This document shows positions 37,058-46,116 of a stretch of DNA of 61,737 nucleotides, piece after piece. How positions within the stretch are numbered: position 1 is the first letter of the stretch; each line of letters begins with the position of its first letter. The position numbers were made by a program, and so were the translations under genes. The notes under the pieces were generated by a model. That model did not search any database and was not told the origin of the DNA. It saw only the letters and a list, made by a program, of their open reading frames with translations. The DNA is from an uncultured Acidimicrobiales bacterium. GTDB lineage: Bacteria > Actinomycetota > Acidimicrobiia > Acidimicrobiales > Poriferisodalaceae. The stretch lies in NCBI GenBank assembly GCA_964350975.1, contig CAYGMW010000001.1:1-61737 (forward strand), written 5' to 3'.

Positions 37058-39012
37058 GCGCTCTTGGCACTATTGCGCTGATCGCAGGTCTTGTCGGCTC
37101 GGTGATGGGCGCCCTGAACGCTGCAACCGGGTTGGCCCGCAACGATGGCGCCCAGCTCAAGATGTCATTCCGCTGGGCCAGCATCGTGTTCGCATCGGCG
37201 GTAGGGGCGACCATCGTCCTCGAAATCGCCCTCCTGTCGAACGACTTTTCGTTCGAATATGTCGCGGCGAACAGCAATATCGACCTGCCGCTGATGTACA
37301 AGATCTCCGTCTTGTGGGCCTCGCTCGAAGGTTCCTTGGTGTTGTGGGTGCTGGTCCTCACGGGATATGTGTTCGCAACTGCGTTCCGTTTCCGCGACCG
37401 GCTCGACGATCGCCTGCTCGGCTTCACCATGCTCACCTTGTTTGTGGTGGCGGCCTTCTTCTTCGGCCTGCTGGTCGGGCCCGCTGACCCGATGCAGACA
37501 CTCGTCCGGCCCCCGCTCGACGGCAACGGACCGAACCCGCTGCTTCAGAACCATCCCCTGATGGCGATTCATCCGATCATGCTGTATCTCGGCTACGTGG
37601 GGTTCACGGTGCCGTTCGCGTTCGCAATCGGCGCGTTGGCTACCGGACGCGTGGGCGAAGGTTGGCTGTTGCTGACCCGGGCGTGGACCGTGGCGGCTTG
37701 GGGCTTCCTGACTGTTGGCATCATCCTCGGCGGATGGTGGTCCTATGAGGTGCTCGGCTGGGGCGGCTACTGGGCGTGGGACCCAGTCGAGAACGTCTCG
37801 TTCCTACCGTGGCTGACGGCCACCGCGTTCTTGCACTCCGTGGTGGTCCAAGAGCGACGCGGGATGCTCCGAGTCTGGAACCTGTCGCTCATTATCTCGA
37901 CGTTCGCCCTCACTATCTTGGGCACGTTCGTGACCCGCTCCGGTGTTCTCGATTCGGTGCACGAGTTCAGCGAATCATCGATCGGTCCCGTGCTGCTGGC
38001 CTTCTTCGGCGTCATCGTGGTGGTGTCGTTCTGCTTGATTGCGTGGCGCATGGAGCTGCTGCGCACCGTTGGCACCATCGAATCGCCGCTGTCTCGCGAA
38101 GGTTCCTTCGTGGGCAACAACTTGTTGTTCACGGCGTTCGCGTTCGTGGTGCTGCTGGGCACCATGTTCCCGTTGCTTGTCGAAGCCCTGAACAACGACC
38201 AGCTGTCGGTGGGCTCGCCCTACTTCAATCGGCTGACGGCCCCGATCGGGTTGATGATCCTGTTCTTGATGGGTGTGTCGCCCTTGCTGCCGTGGCGATC
38301 GACCGCTCCAGAGTTGTTGCGAGACCGAGCCTTTTGGCCCGCGGTTTTTGCCCTCGTAGTACTCGCGGTGGCCGTGGTCTTTGGCGCTGATTCGTTGTAC
38401 GAAATGCTTGGTTATCTGGCCGCTGGTTTTGCCATGGGTTCGTCAGGTCGCCACTTGATCTTGGCCGGCAAGCGGCAAGGGTGGCGCGGCGTCACCGGCC
38501 GAGCTGGTGGCGGCATGGTCGCTCACCTCGGTCTGGCGATCTTGGCGCTCGGTTTCATTGCCAGCTCCGAACATGGCAGTGAGGTCGAAGCTCGGCTCAA
38601 GGTCGGCGACGTTGTTGAGGTTGCCGGCCACACGGTCGAGTACGTCGAGCGGGTCGACTTCTTCGAGGGCCGCAATGAGGTCACCCAGGTCGCGGTGCTG
38701 ATCGACAACGACGAGGTCCACCGGCCGGCCATCACCCGGTTTGCGACCTTCGGTACCCCTATTGGAACCCCATCGGTCGCCACGGGATGGCGCGACGACG
38801 TCTACGTCAGCGTGCTCGACGTTTCCGACGACGGCAGCACCGCCCTCATTCGTGTCATCGTGCGGCCGCTCATCACGTGGCTGTGGACCGGCGGCCTCTT
38901 GATGGGGTTTGGCGCCTTGCTGGCGATGATCCCGCACGGATCTCGCAAGCGCACCGGCCCGGCGCCAGCCAGCGTTGAGACGAACGACACGGTAGCGACG
39001 GTCGACGCATGA
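37054..39012 (+). CDS. ccmF: Cytochrome c heme lyase subunit CcmF
   Basis: In-frame GTG 37054 overlaps the ccmE stop (GTGA). It is polytopic. The WWD motif is GWGGYWAWDPVEN. Confidence 0.92.
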   Translation: MSALGTIALIAGLVGSVMGALNAATGLARNDGAQLKMSFRWASIVFASAVGATIVLEIALLSNDFSFEYVAANSNIDLPLMYKISVLWASLEGSLVLWVLVLTGYVFATAFRFRDRLDDRLLGFTMLTLFVVAAFFFGLLVGPADPMQTLVRPPLDGNGPNPLLQNHPLMAIHPIMLYLGYVGFTVPFAFAIGALATGRVGEGWLLLTRAWTVAAWGFLTVGIILGGWWSYEVLGWGGYWAWDPVENVSFLPWLTATAFLHSVVVQERRGMLRVWNLSLIISTFALTILGTFVTRSGVLDSVHEFSESSIGPVLLAFFGVIVVVSFCLIAWRMELLRTVGTIESPLSREGSFVGNNLLFTAFAFVVLLGTMFPLLVEALNNDQLSVGSPYFNRLTAPIGLMILFLMGVSPLLPWRSTAPELLRDRAFWPAVFALVVLAVAVVFGADSLYEMLGYLAAGFAMGSSGRHLILAGKRQGWRGVTGRAGGGMVAHLGLAILALGFIASSEHGSEVEARLKVGDVVEVAGHTVEYVERVDFFEGRNEVTQVAVLIDNDEVHRPAITRFATFGTPIGTPSVATGWRDDVYVSVLDVSDDGSTALIRVIVRPLITWLWTGGLLMGFGALLAMIPHGSRKRTGPAPASVETNDTVATVDA

Positions 39013-39614
39013 CCACCAGCGATTACGAGCCCGACTACACCGAGTTCGACGAGTTCGACGACGCTCAACCAGTCCCCGCATGGGTAAAGGTTGGGGTGGC
39101 GGCGGCCGGTCTGGCGCTGGTCATGTTCATTGCTGTGCTTGCCGTCAGCGACGGTAGCGACGGCGAGGGTCAGGTCGATTCGCCGTTGATCGGCCGCGCC
39201 GTTCCGCCGCTGGTCGGCACCACCCTCGACGGCGGCACCTTCGATATCGACTCGGCTCAAGGTCAGTGGGTGTTGCTCAACTTCTTTGCCAGCTGGTGTG
39301 TGCCCTGCCAGGTAGAGCACCCCGAACTTGTCGAGTTCTCGGACCGACATCGCGATGGTTCGGCCACCGTGGTCAGCGTGGTGATGGGCGACACGGTCGA
39401 AAACACCGAGCGCTTTTTCGCCGAGCGCGGCGGCGACTGGCCGGTGTTGATCGATGCCGACAGCGCTCCAGCGCAGTTTGTTGTCGTACAGGTGCCCGAG
39501 TCGTTCCTTGTTGCCCCATCGGGGCTCGTCGTGGCGAAATGGATTGGCGACATCACCGCCGACATGGTCGATGGCGTGATCGACGAACTCACGGCGCCGG
39601 CGGTCCAGCCATGA
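39009..39614 (+). CDS. ccmG: Thiol:disulfide oxidoreductase CcmG/DsbE
   Basis: 201 aa. It has a TM anchor and a thioredoxin fold with FFASWCVPC. It has an ATGA overlap with ccmF. Confidence 0.88.
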   Translation: MTTSDYEPDYTEFDEFDDAQPVPAWVKVGVAAAGLALVMFIAVLAVSDGSDGEGQVDSPLIGRAVPPLVGTTLDGGTFDIDSAQGQWVLLNFFASWCVPCQVEHPELVEFSDRHRDGSATVVSVVMGDTVENTERFFAERGGDWPVLIDADSAPAQFVVVQVPESFLVAPSGLVVAKWIGDITADMVDGVIDELTAPAVQP

Positions 39615-40084
39615 ACCGGCTGACCGAAAAGCAACGCAATATTGCCTGGCTCGCGCTGATGGCGGCCATCGTTGTGGTTGTTTTCGCGGGCATCGCAAAT
39701 GCCAATCACGGACCGAAGTCCGATGACGAGCGGGCCTACGACATCAAGAAGACGATCCTGTGTCCGGCCTGCGATGGCCAGAACATCCTCGAGTCGAACG
39801 CCCCCATCGCTACCTCGTTGCGAGCCCTCGTGGATGACCTGGTGGCTCAAGGCGATTCCGACGACGAGATTCGCGACCAGATCGTGTCGATTTACGACGA
39901 CAGCGTGAATGCGATTCCTCCAGCCACGGGCATTGGCTCACTTGTCTGGGTGATTCCGGTGGCCGGACTGATCGTTGTCATTGGTGGCTTGGTCCTCAGC
40001 TTCAAACGATGGTCAGACGCGGCTGCGGCTGAGGTATCGGCAGCAGATCGTGCCCTCGTCGACCGCGCCCGGGGCCCGTTGTGA
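39611..40084 (+). CDS. ccmH: Cytochrome c-type biogenesis protein CcmH
   Basis: The track ORF 39266..40084 N-part overlaps ccmG. ATG 39611 gives MNRLTEKQRNIAWLALMAAIVVV... It has an LCPACDGQNILES (CxxC) motif and a C-terminal TM segment. It has an ATGA overlap with ccmG. Confidence 0.85.
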   Translation: MNRLTEKQRNIAWLALMAAIVVVVFAGIANANHGPKSDDERAYDIKKTILCPACDGQNILESNAPIATSLRALVDDLVAQGDSDDEIRDQIVSIYDDSVNAIPPATGIGSLVWVIPVAGLIVVIGGLVLSFKRWSDAAAAEVSAADRALVDRARGPL

Positions 40085-40911
40085 GTCGGCGGCCCGACCC
40101 GGCCCGAATTGCCAGGCTCGAAGAGGAACGCGACTCGCTGCTGTCCCAGCTCGACCGACTCGATGCCGAACTTGCGGCTGGCGACATCGATGAGGTCGAT
40201 CATCGCAGCCTGAGCGACGACCTCACCCGTCGGGCAGCACACGTGATCCGACGGCTCGACCGTCAACGCCCACCGCCCGTGCAGAGGCGCAAGGTATCGA
40301 TGAAGCGGCGAGTCCTGACGGCCGTCGCAGTTCTGGCCGTGTCTGTGGCGGCCGGAACGGCGGTAGCCATGTTCTCCGGCACCCGCCTCGAAGGACAGTT
40401 CGGGTCAGGCGAAATCGAGAAGAACTCTCGCGACCTGCTGCTCGATGCCACCTCGGCGCTCAGTAGAGGCGACCTCGACGCCGCCGCAGACACTGCCAAC
40501 GAGGTGCTCGATCTGTTGCCCGGAGACCCCGATGCCTATGTGGTGCTCGGCCAGGTGGCCCAGCAACGCAGCGATCTGTTGGGTGCCATCCAGGCTTATG
40601 ACCAAGCCTTGTTGACTGAACCAAACCATGTTGGGGCCCTGACCTGGAAGGGTTCGATCCTGGTGCGGCTGCCCGACCCCGAACTCGCGGCCGACGGTGT
40701 CGACCTGCTCGATCAGGCTATTGCCGCGGGTGCGTCGACCTTTGAGGCCTATATGTGGCGGGCGGTCGCGGCCTCAGATATCGAGGGCGATCTCGAAGCC
40801 GCCATCGGTTTCTACGAAGAGGTCCTCGCTCGCAACCCGCCGGCACCGATGGTTGGTGTGATCGAAGGAAACATCACCAGCTTGCAAGCCGAGTTGGATC
40901 AGGCTGGTTAG
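40081..40911 (+). CDS. ccmI: CcmI/CycH-like TPR protein
   Basis: 276 aa with a GTG start overlapping the ccmH stop. It has one TM segment (VLTAVAVLAVSVAAGTAVAMF), then TPR-like repeats (AYVVLGQVAQQRSDLLGAIQAYDQAL...). Assignment is by position and architecture. Confidence 0.7.
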   Translation: MSRRPDPARIARLEEERDSLLSQLDRLDAELAAGDIDEVDHRSLSDDLTRRAAHVIRRLDRQRPPPVQRRKVSMKRRVLTAVAVLAVSVAAGTAVAMFSGTRLEGQFGSGEIEKNSRDLLLDATSALSRGDLDAAADTANEVLDLLPGDPDAYVVLGQVAQQRSDLLGAIQAYDQALLTEPNHVGALTWKGSILVRLPDPELAADGVDLLDQAIAAGASTFEAYMWRAVAASDIEGDLEAAIGFYEEVLARNPPAPMVGVIEGNITSLQAELDQAG

Positions 40912-40917
40912 CAGCCC

Positions 40918-41382
40918 TTACCGTGGTGGCGGTCGGTAGCTGGCGTGTGTTGGCGACCCGTCGACGATGTCGAAACTCCACACCGACCCCTTAGCGACCG
41001 CGTTGGGGCCATCGAGGGTCATTCCACGAAGCTGCAACAGCCTGAGTACCTCAGGCAAAAGATCGCCGTGAGCACACAGCACGAGCTGGTCGAACGGGTG
41101 TGTTTCGTCGCACAGCCACGAGGTCATGACCTGGGGGTCTGACCCCTCGGCCAGCCGGTCGTCGAGCACGAGTTCGATGCCAAGTCGCTCGGCCAACGGA
41201 CCCACCGTGGTGACGCAGCGGACTGCGGGGCTCGTCCGGATGTGGGTGGCTGGATCGTCGACGAGGCTGGCGAGCACTTCGGCTTGGCGATGGCCGGTTT
41301 TGGACAGGGGCCGAACTCGGTCCGGCTCTTCCCATTTCCGGCGACCAAGGGCATCTGCATGACGGACCAGGTGGACTCTCAT
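40918..41382 (-). CDS. Histidine phosphatase family protein (SixA-like)
   Basis: 154 aa. MRVHLVRHADA...SKTGHRQA is the RHG-type motif. CAHGD is also present. Confidence 0.8.
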   Translation of the reverse strand: MRVHLVRHADALGRRKWEEPDRVRPLSKTGHRQAEVLASLVDDPATHIRTSPAVRCVTTVGPLAERLGIELVLDDRLAEGSDPQVMTSWLCDETHPFDQLVLCAHGDLLPEVLRLLQLRGMTLDGPNAVAKGSVWSFDIVDGSPTHASYRPPPR

Positions 41383-41441
41383 CGGCCCACGAGACTACTG
41401 CCGGGCGACCGACGCGTGAGCACCCACCAGATCTGGCGGGG

Positions 41442-42149
41442 TCACACCTCGGTGGTGCAGACGGTGTCGCCCATGGGCACTGACCCCGAAATTTGGGGAT
41501 GGCGTTCGCCGTGGAGGCCAGCCAACATCCCGGTGACGAGGCCCCGGTCGATGGCGCACAAGACCGGATGTTCGACCGCGGCGTTGCCGAATGGGCAGTG
41601 TTCAGAGACGATCCGCAGCTCGCCCGCTACCCCTTCGGCTCTCGACTGGAAGCCATGTGAGGTCAACGCGTCGGCCACGGCCCCGACCGCGGCCTGAAGC
41701 GATCGGTGGGCGTCGCCCGGTTCGATCGATGCGGCCAACGCGCGGCCGTACTCTTGGCCAACTTCTTCGGCGAGTGCTTCGGCTTCTGAGCGCGGGAGCC
41801 GTGCCAACGCTCGGCCTAACAGGGTTCCGAGCAGGTCGTCGCGGCGTACGGGAAACGCCAGTTGGATGTCGGCGTGGGCCGCAACGTATCGCTTGGACGG
41901 ACGTCCGGCCCCCGATGCTGGGCGGCCCATCTCGACGTTCAGGTGGCCGGCACTGGCGAGCTTTTCGAGATGGTGCCGAGCAACGTTGGCGTGCAGGTTG
42001 ACCTCGGTGGCTACCTCGCCAGCAGTCATCCCGGCCGGTGACGCTCGGACGAGCAGGTAGATCTCACGTCGGGTTGGGTCTCCGAACGACGACGTGATCG
42101 AGGCAACCGCAGCACTGAACTCGTTGGGGGTGAGTGCTGGTGCGTCCAC
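41442..42149 (-). CDS. ArsR/SufR-like winged-helix transcriptional regulator with C-terminal Cys motif
   Basis: Track ORF is 41442..42221. The wHTH is GDPTRREIYLLV...MTAGEVATEVNLHANVARHHLEKLASAGHL. The C-terminal pattern is CPFGNAAVEHPVLC...C (C-x12-C-x32-C). The alternative in-frame GTG 42149 leaves the 17-bp palindrome intergenic. Start is uncertain. Confidence 0.7.
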   Translation of the reverse strand: MDAPALTPNEFSAAVASITSSFGDPTRREIYLLVRASPAGMTAGEVATEVNLHANVARHHLEKLASAGHLNVEMGRPASGAGRPSKRYVAAHADIQLAFPVRRDDLLGTLLGRALARLPRSEAEALAEEVGQEYGRALAASIEPGDAHRSLQAAVGAVADALTSHGFQSRAEGVAGELRIVSEHCPFGNAAVEHPVLCAIDRGLVTGMLAGLHGERHPQISGSVPMGDTVCTTEV

Positions 42150-42150
42150 G

Positions 42151-42167
42151 TCAGTAGATTCTACTGA
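42151..42167. promoter_or_regulatory. Perfect AT-rich 8-1-8 palindrome TCAGTAGA-T-TCTACTGA (candidate operator with embedded -10-like hexamers)
   Basis: Read directly. It contains TAGATT (plus, 42155..42160) and TAGAAT (minus, 42163..42158), both matching TAnnnT. It lies 66 nt upstream of the mrp ATG and 1 nt upstream of the alternative regulator start GTG 42149. Confidence 0.5.
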
Positions 42168-42232
42168 GCCCCCTGCCCGGCAGTTCGTTTCGTAGTTGGC
42201 TCGCGCTTGCTGCCTTTTCACTGGAGACCGCC

Positions 42233-43372
42233 ATGTCTGTCACCGATTCCCAGCTTGTCGACGCGCTTGGGTCGATCATGGACCCCGAGTTGCGTCGCGG
42301 TATCCATCAGATCGGTATGTTGCGCGGCGCTGCGGTTGTTGGCGAGCGGGCCCATGTGGTCATCGCCATGCCTGCCGAGGATCATCCCACCCGGGCTGCT
42401 CTCGACGCACTCATCAACGAATCCGTGAGCGCGCTCGGGCTGTCTGGCGTCGACATCGACTTCATCGAGATGTCCGAAGACGAACAAGCAGCGCTGCGCT
42501 CCCAGCTCATTGGCGATCCCGGTTCGACGGCTGGTTCGCAAAGCGCCCACGGCCACGCTGAGGGCCGTTCGATCTCCTTCGCAGATGTTGCGAGCAAAAC
42601 CCGCGTGCTGCTGATTGCCTCGGGCAAGGGCGGCGTTGGCAAGTCGTCTGTCACCACCAATGTGGCCATCGCGTTGGCCCAGCGGGGTAAGCGGGTTGCG
42701 GTCATCGACGCCGACGTCTGGGGGTTCTCGATTCCCCGCATGCTTGGCGCCGAACGTGGCCCTGTGGTCATCGACCAGATGGTGGTCCCGGTCGAAGCCA
42801 ACGGTGTGCGCATGATCTCGATGGGGTTCTTCGCCAGAGAGGACCAGCCAGTCATCTGGCGTGGCCCGATGCTGCACAAGGCACTCGAACAGTTCCTCAC
42901 CGACGTGTTCTGGGACGAGCCAGACTTCCTCGTGATCGACCTGCCACCCGGCACCGGCGATATCTCCTTGTCGATCTCGCAGTTCTTGCCGCGCGGCGAG
43001 GTCTATGTGGTCACCACCCCACAGCCCGCGGCCCAAAAGGTCGCTCAGCGGGCCGCATTCATGGCCCAAAAGGTTCGCCTTGAGGTGAAGGGTGTCATCG
43101 AGAACATGAGCTGGTTCACCGGCGATGACGGCAAGAAGTACGACATCTTCGGCTCAGGTGGTGGTCAGGATCTTGCCGATCAGCTCGGCGTACCCATGAT
43201 CGGCCAAGTGCCGTTGGTGACCGCGTTGCGCGAAGGCGGCGATGACGGGCACCCCATCACGGTGGTCGACCCCGACAATGAGGCCTCCGTGTCGTTCCGC
43301 GAGATTGCTCGTGCGATCGACGAGGACCTTCAGCCCACCAAGCGGTTCCACCCCGAGCTCAAGCTCATCTAA
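42233..43372 (+). CDS. mrp: Fe-S cluster carrier ATPase Mrp/ApbC
   Basis: 379 aa. The N-terminal domain is DUF59-like (LGSIMDPELRRGIHQIGML). The P-loop is ASGKGGVGKSS. The CxxC-equivalent region is MSWF. SD GGAGA lies upstream. Confidence 0.92.
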   Translation: MSVTDSQLVDALGSIMDPELRRGIHQIGMLRGAAVVGERAHVVIAMPAEDHPTRAALDALINESVSALGLSGVDIDFIEMSEDEQAALRSQLIGDPGSTAGSQSAHGHAEGRSISFADVASKTRVLLIASGKGGVGKSSVTTNVAIALAQRGKRVAVIDADVWGFSIPRMLGAERGPVVIDQMVVPVEANGVRMISMGFFAREDQPVIWRGPMLHKALEQFLTDVFWDEPDFLVIDLPPGTGDISLSISQFLPRGEVYVVTTPQPAAQKVAQRAAFMAQKVRLEVKGVIENMSWFTGDDGKKYDIFGSGGGQDLADQLGVPMIGQVPLVTALREGGDDGHPITVVDPDNEASVSFREIARAIDEDLQPTKRFHPELKLI

Positions 43373-44807
43373 ATCCCGCTGGTGGGGTGAACCCGCCGAG
43401 TGCCGCTTCGATCATCCGGGCTACCGCCAAGGTGGTGCGGTCTTCGAGGAACGGCCCAACAACCTGGATCCCGACCGGCAGCCCTTCTGCCGTTTGACCA
43501 ACAGGCACTGCTGTCGAGGGCAGGTAGACGACACCGATGATGCCCATCCAGGCCATGAGATCCATATAGGGCCTGGTAACACCATCGACGTCGATGGTTC
43601 GTTGGTTCATGGGGAAGGTGTGGTCGTGTCGGATTGCCGCGACCGGAGCCACGGGCATCAACATGACATCCCACTCTTCGAAGAAGGTGCGCCAACGGGC
43701 CCGCAGCTGAAGTCGGCGTTCGTTGGCACTCAGCCAGGAGCGGTGCCGTTGTGCGGCGTGGGTGACGCCGAGCCCGCCGTCAGGATCGACGCTCGCGGCC
43801 ATCTGTTCGAGTTCGGCCAGCGACCACGAGCCAGCCAACGCAGCGCCGATGAGTTGGTCAAAGACCTGGCGGGACTTACCGAATTCGAGGTTGGGCCGCG
43901 CTGATGTGTCGACCACCGCTCCCGCCGCCTCCAGCGCCGATGCGGCGGCCGAGATCAAGCTCAGAACCTCGGCTGACACCGGGCACGCGGGATCGTCGAG
44001 CCACGCGGCAACCCGCAGTTGGTGTGGATCGGTGGTACGTGCCGGTGGGAGCTCGACGGACCATGCATGGCTGTGCCAGTCGTCGGGTCCGGCCAGCAGA
44101 TCGAGGCCGAGTTCGACGTCGTTCACGGTGCGGGCCATGGGTCCCACCACCGCAATGTCAGCGGCCGTGTAGCTACCAGGCATGCCGGGGATTTGGCCCC
44201 GACCACTGCACAATCCATATGACGGCTTGTGACCGACCACGCCGCACATCGCGGCCGGATTGCGGATCGAGCCGGCAATATCGGAGCCGATTTCGATCGG
44301 GCTAAAGCCGCAGGCGAGCGACGCAGCCGATCCGCCCGACGAACCGCCAGGAGTGCGGGTGAGGTCATAGGGATTCGACGTTGTGCCGTAGACCTCGTTG
44401 AAGCTCTGCACGTCGCCGGCCCAGATGGGCAGATTGGTTTTGCCTAACACCACCGCGCCGGCCTGCCGGTAGCGGGCGACCGGGTCGGCGTCGACCTCGG
44501 GCACGAAGTCGGCGAGCTGCGGTGCGCCGGAGGTTGTGATGAGACCCTTGGTCTGGAACGAATCCTTGATCGTGACCGGGACTCCGTGCAGGGGCCCAAG
44601 ATCGTCACCTCGAGCTACTGCGGCATCGGCGGCGTCAGCGGCCAACACTGCGGCGTCAAGGTCGACCCGAACCACGGCATTGACCTCGGTGTCGCGACGC
44701 GAGATGCGGTCGGCCACCGCGAGAACGAGCTCCCGGCTCGACACCTCGCGCCTGGCAATGAGACCGGCCTGTTCGATGGCACTGAAATAGGCGAATTCGT
44801 CTGACAT
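43365..44807 (-). CDS. Amidase (amidase-signature family)
   Basis: 480 aa. It has the GGSSGGSAAS signature and the KD...S catalytic context. Confidence 0.9.
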   Translation of the reverse strand: MSDEFAYFSAIEQAGLIARREVSSRELVLAVADRISRRDTEVNAVVRVDLDAAVLAADAADAAVARGDDLGPLHGVPVTIKDSFQTKGLITTSGAPQLADFVPEVDADPVARYRQAGAVVLGKTNLPIWAGDVQSFNEVYGTTSNPYDLTRTPGGSSGGSAASLACGFSPIEIGSDIAGSIRNPAAMCGVVGHKPSYGLCSGRGQIPGMPGSYTAADIAVVGPMARTVNDVELGLDLLAGPDDWHSHAWSVELPPARTTDPHQLRVAAWLDDPACPVSAEVLSLISAAASALEAAGAVVDTSARPNLEFGKSRQVFDQLIGAALAGSWSLAELEQMAASVDPDGGLGVTHAAQRHRSWLSANERRLQLRARWRTFFEEWDVMLMPVAPVAAIRHDHTFPMNQRTIDVDGVTRPYMDLMAWMGIIGVVYLPSTAVPVGQTAEGLPVGIQVVGPFLEDRTTLAVARMIEAALGGFTPPAGFR

Positions 44808-44931
44808 GGACGGCCCCCGGGGTGTGAAGACAACAACGATCGCGACGCTACTTGGTCAGGTGGCGTGTCTCGTCAGCGCCGCGGGGGCGTACCATGGTCG
44901 ATTCCAGATCGCTGAGCCGACAGGAGTCGAC

Positions 44932-45162
44932 GTGGACGTCCGCATTGGGGTCACCAACGCACCGCGTGAAATCGCACTTGAGCTTTCCGACGACACCGAT
45001 GTCGTTGCTCTGAAGGCCGACATCGAGGCCGCCTTGTCGAGCGAATCCGTGTTGTGGGTTACCGACAAGACTGATCGTCAGATTGGTATCTCAGGAGCCA
45101 AGATCGCGTACGTCGAGATCGGCACCGCAGCCCGTGGCCGCATGGGTTTTGCCACGGCCTGA
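44932..45162 (+). CDS. DUF3107-like small protein
   Basis: Track ORF is 44806..45162. The in-frame GTG 44932 is preceded by CAGGAG. V DVRIGVTNAPREIALEL...WVTDKTDRQIGISGAKIAYVEIG matches my recollection of the ~75-aa actinobacterial DUF3107 family. Confidence 0.7.
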   Translation: MDVRIGVTNAPREIALELSDDTDVVALKADIEAALSSESVLWVTDKTDRQIGISGAKIAYVEIGTAARGRMGFATA

Positions 45163-45189
45163 TCGCGTCGGGCCCCGACACTGGGGCCG

Positions 45190-46116
45190 ATGCGCATGAA
45201 CTTGCTCGACTATCAGTTCCTCGCCGTGACCGGCAAGGGCGGCGTTGGCACGACGTCGGTGGCGGCGGCGATAGCGATTGCGGCCGCCCGTTCGGGTCGA
45301 TCCGTGCTGCTGTGTGAGGTCGAGCCGGGAGGCGGGGCCGGTCCGGCCGTTGGTGTCGCTGCCGTGAAGTACGACCCTACGCCGAGCCCGGTTCGCGGGG
45401 TATCGGTGATGGCGATGGACACCGAACGATCGGTGCGCGACTTCGTCAAGGTGATGACTCGGGTACCTTTGCCCGTCGACACTGGGCCCCTTGCCCGTAT
45501 CTTGGATTTTGTGGCCTCAGCCGCTCCTGGCGTGCGTGAGATCTTGACTGTCGGCAAGCTGGCCCACGAGGTGCGCGAACGCACCTATGACCTCGTCATT
45601 ATGGACGGCCCTCCCACCGGCCACATTGTTGGTCACCTCGCCGCGACCGAGGGTGTCGTCGAGATCGCAGGTGGCGGATTGCTTGGCCGCCAAGCGTCGT
45701 GGATGCGCGAGATCCTCCACGACCCCGCACGTACCGCCGCCGTCATCTGCGCCACTCCAGAGGAGCTGCCAGTGGCCGAGGCCATCGATCTGAGATCGCG
45801 GATCGCCGATGGCACCGGCGTGGCCGTCGCGGGATATGTGTTGAATTCAGTGAGGCCGCCGGCGCTCCCGCCTGATGTTGAGGCCGCCGTCGCCGCGCTC
45901 GCCACGGGCCATGCCCAAGCCGAGCCCTACAGCCGAGCCCTCGATGCTGCGGTTCTGGCCGGCAGCTTGCGTCACGCCGGAGCCCGGTCGGCGGCCAGGC
46001 TTCGGGCCGCGGCCGACGTGCCCGTGTGGTCGTTGCCGCTGGTGACCGACGCGTTCACCGACGCCGCCGTGGTGCTCAAGCTGGCCGAGGCCCTGGTTGC
46101 GGAGCTTGACCTATGA
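45190..46116 (+). CDS. ArsA/Get3-like P-loop ATPase (subunit 1)
   Basis: 308 aa. It has a deviant Walker A VTGKGGVGTTSV, and DGPPTGH. Confidence 0.85.
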   Translation: MRMNLLDYQFLAVTGKGGVGTTSVAAAIAIAAARSGRSVLLCEVEPGGGAGPAVGVAAVKYDPTPSPVRGVSVMAMDTERSVRDFVKVMTRVPLPVDTGPLARILDFVASAAPGVREILTVGKLAHEVRERTYDLVIMDGPPTGHIVGHLAATEGVVEIAGGGLLGRQASWMREILHDPARTAAVICATPEELPVAEAIDLRSRIADGTGVAVAGYVLNSVRPPALPPDVEAAVAALATGHAQAEPYSRALDAAVLAGSLRHAGARSAARLRAAADVPVWSLPLVTDAFTDAAVVLKLAEALVAELDL

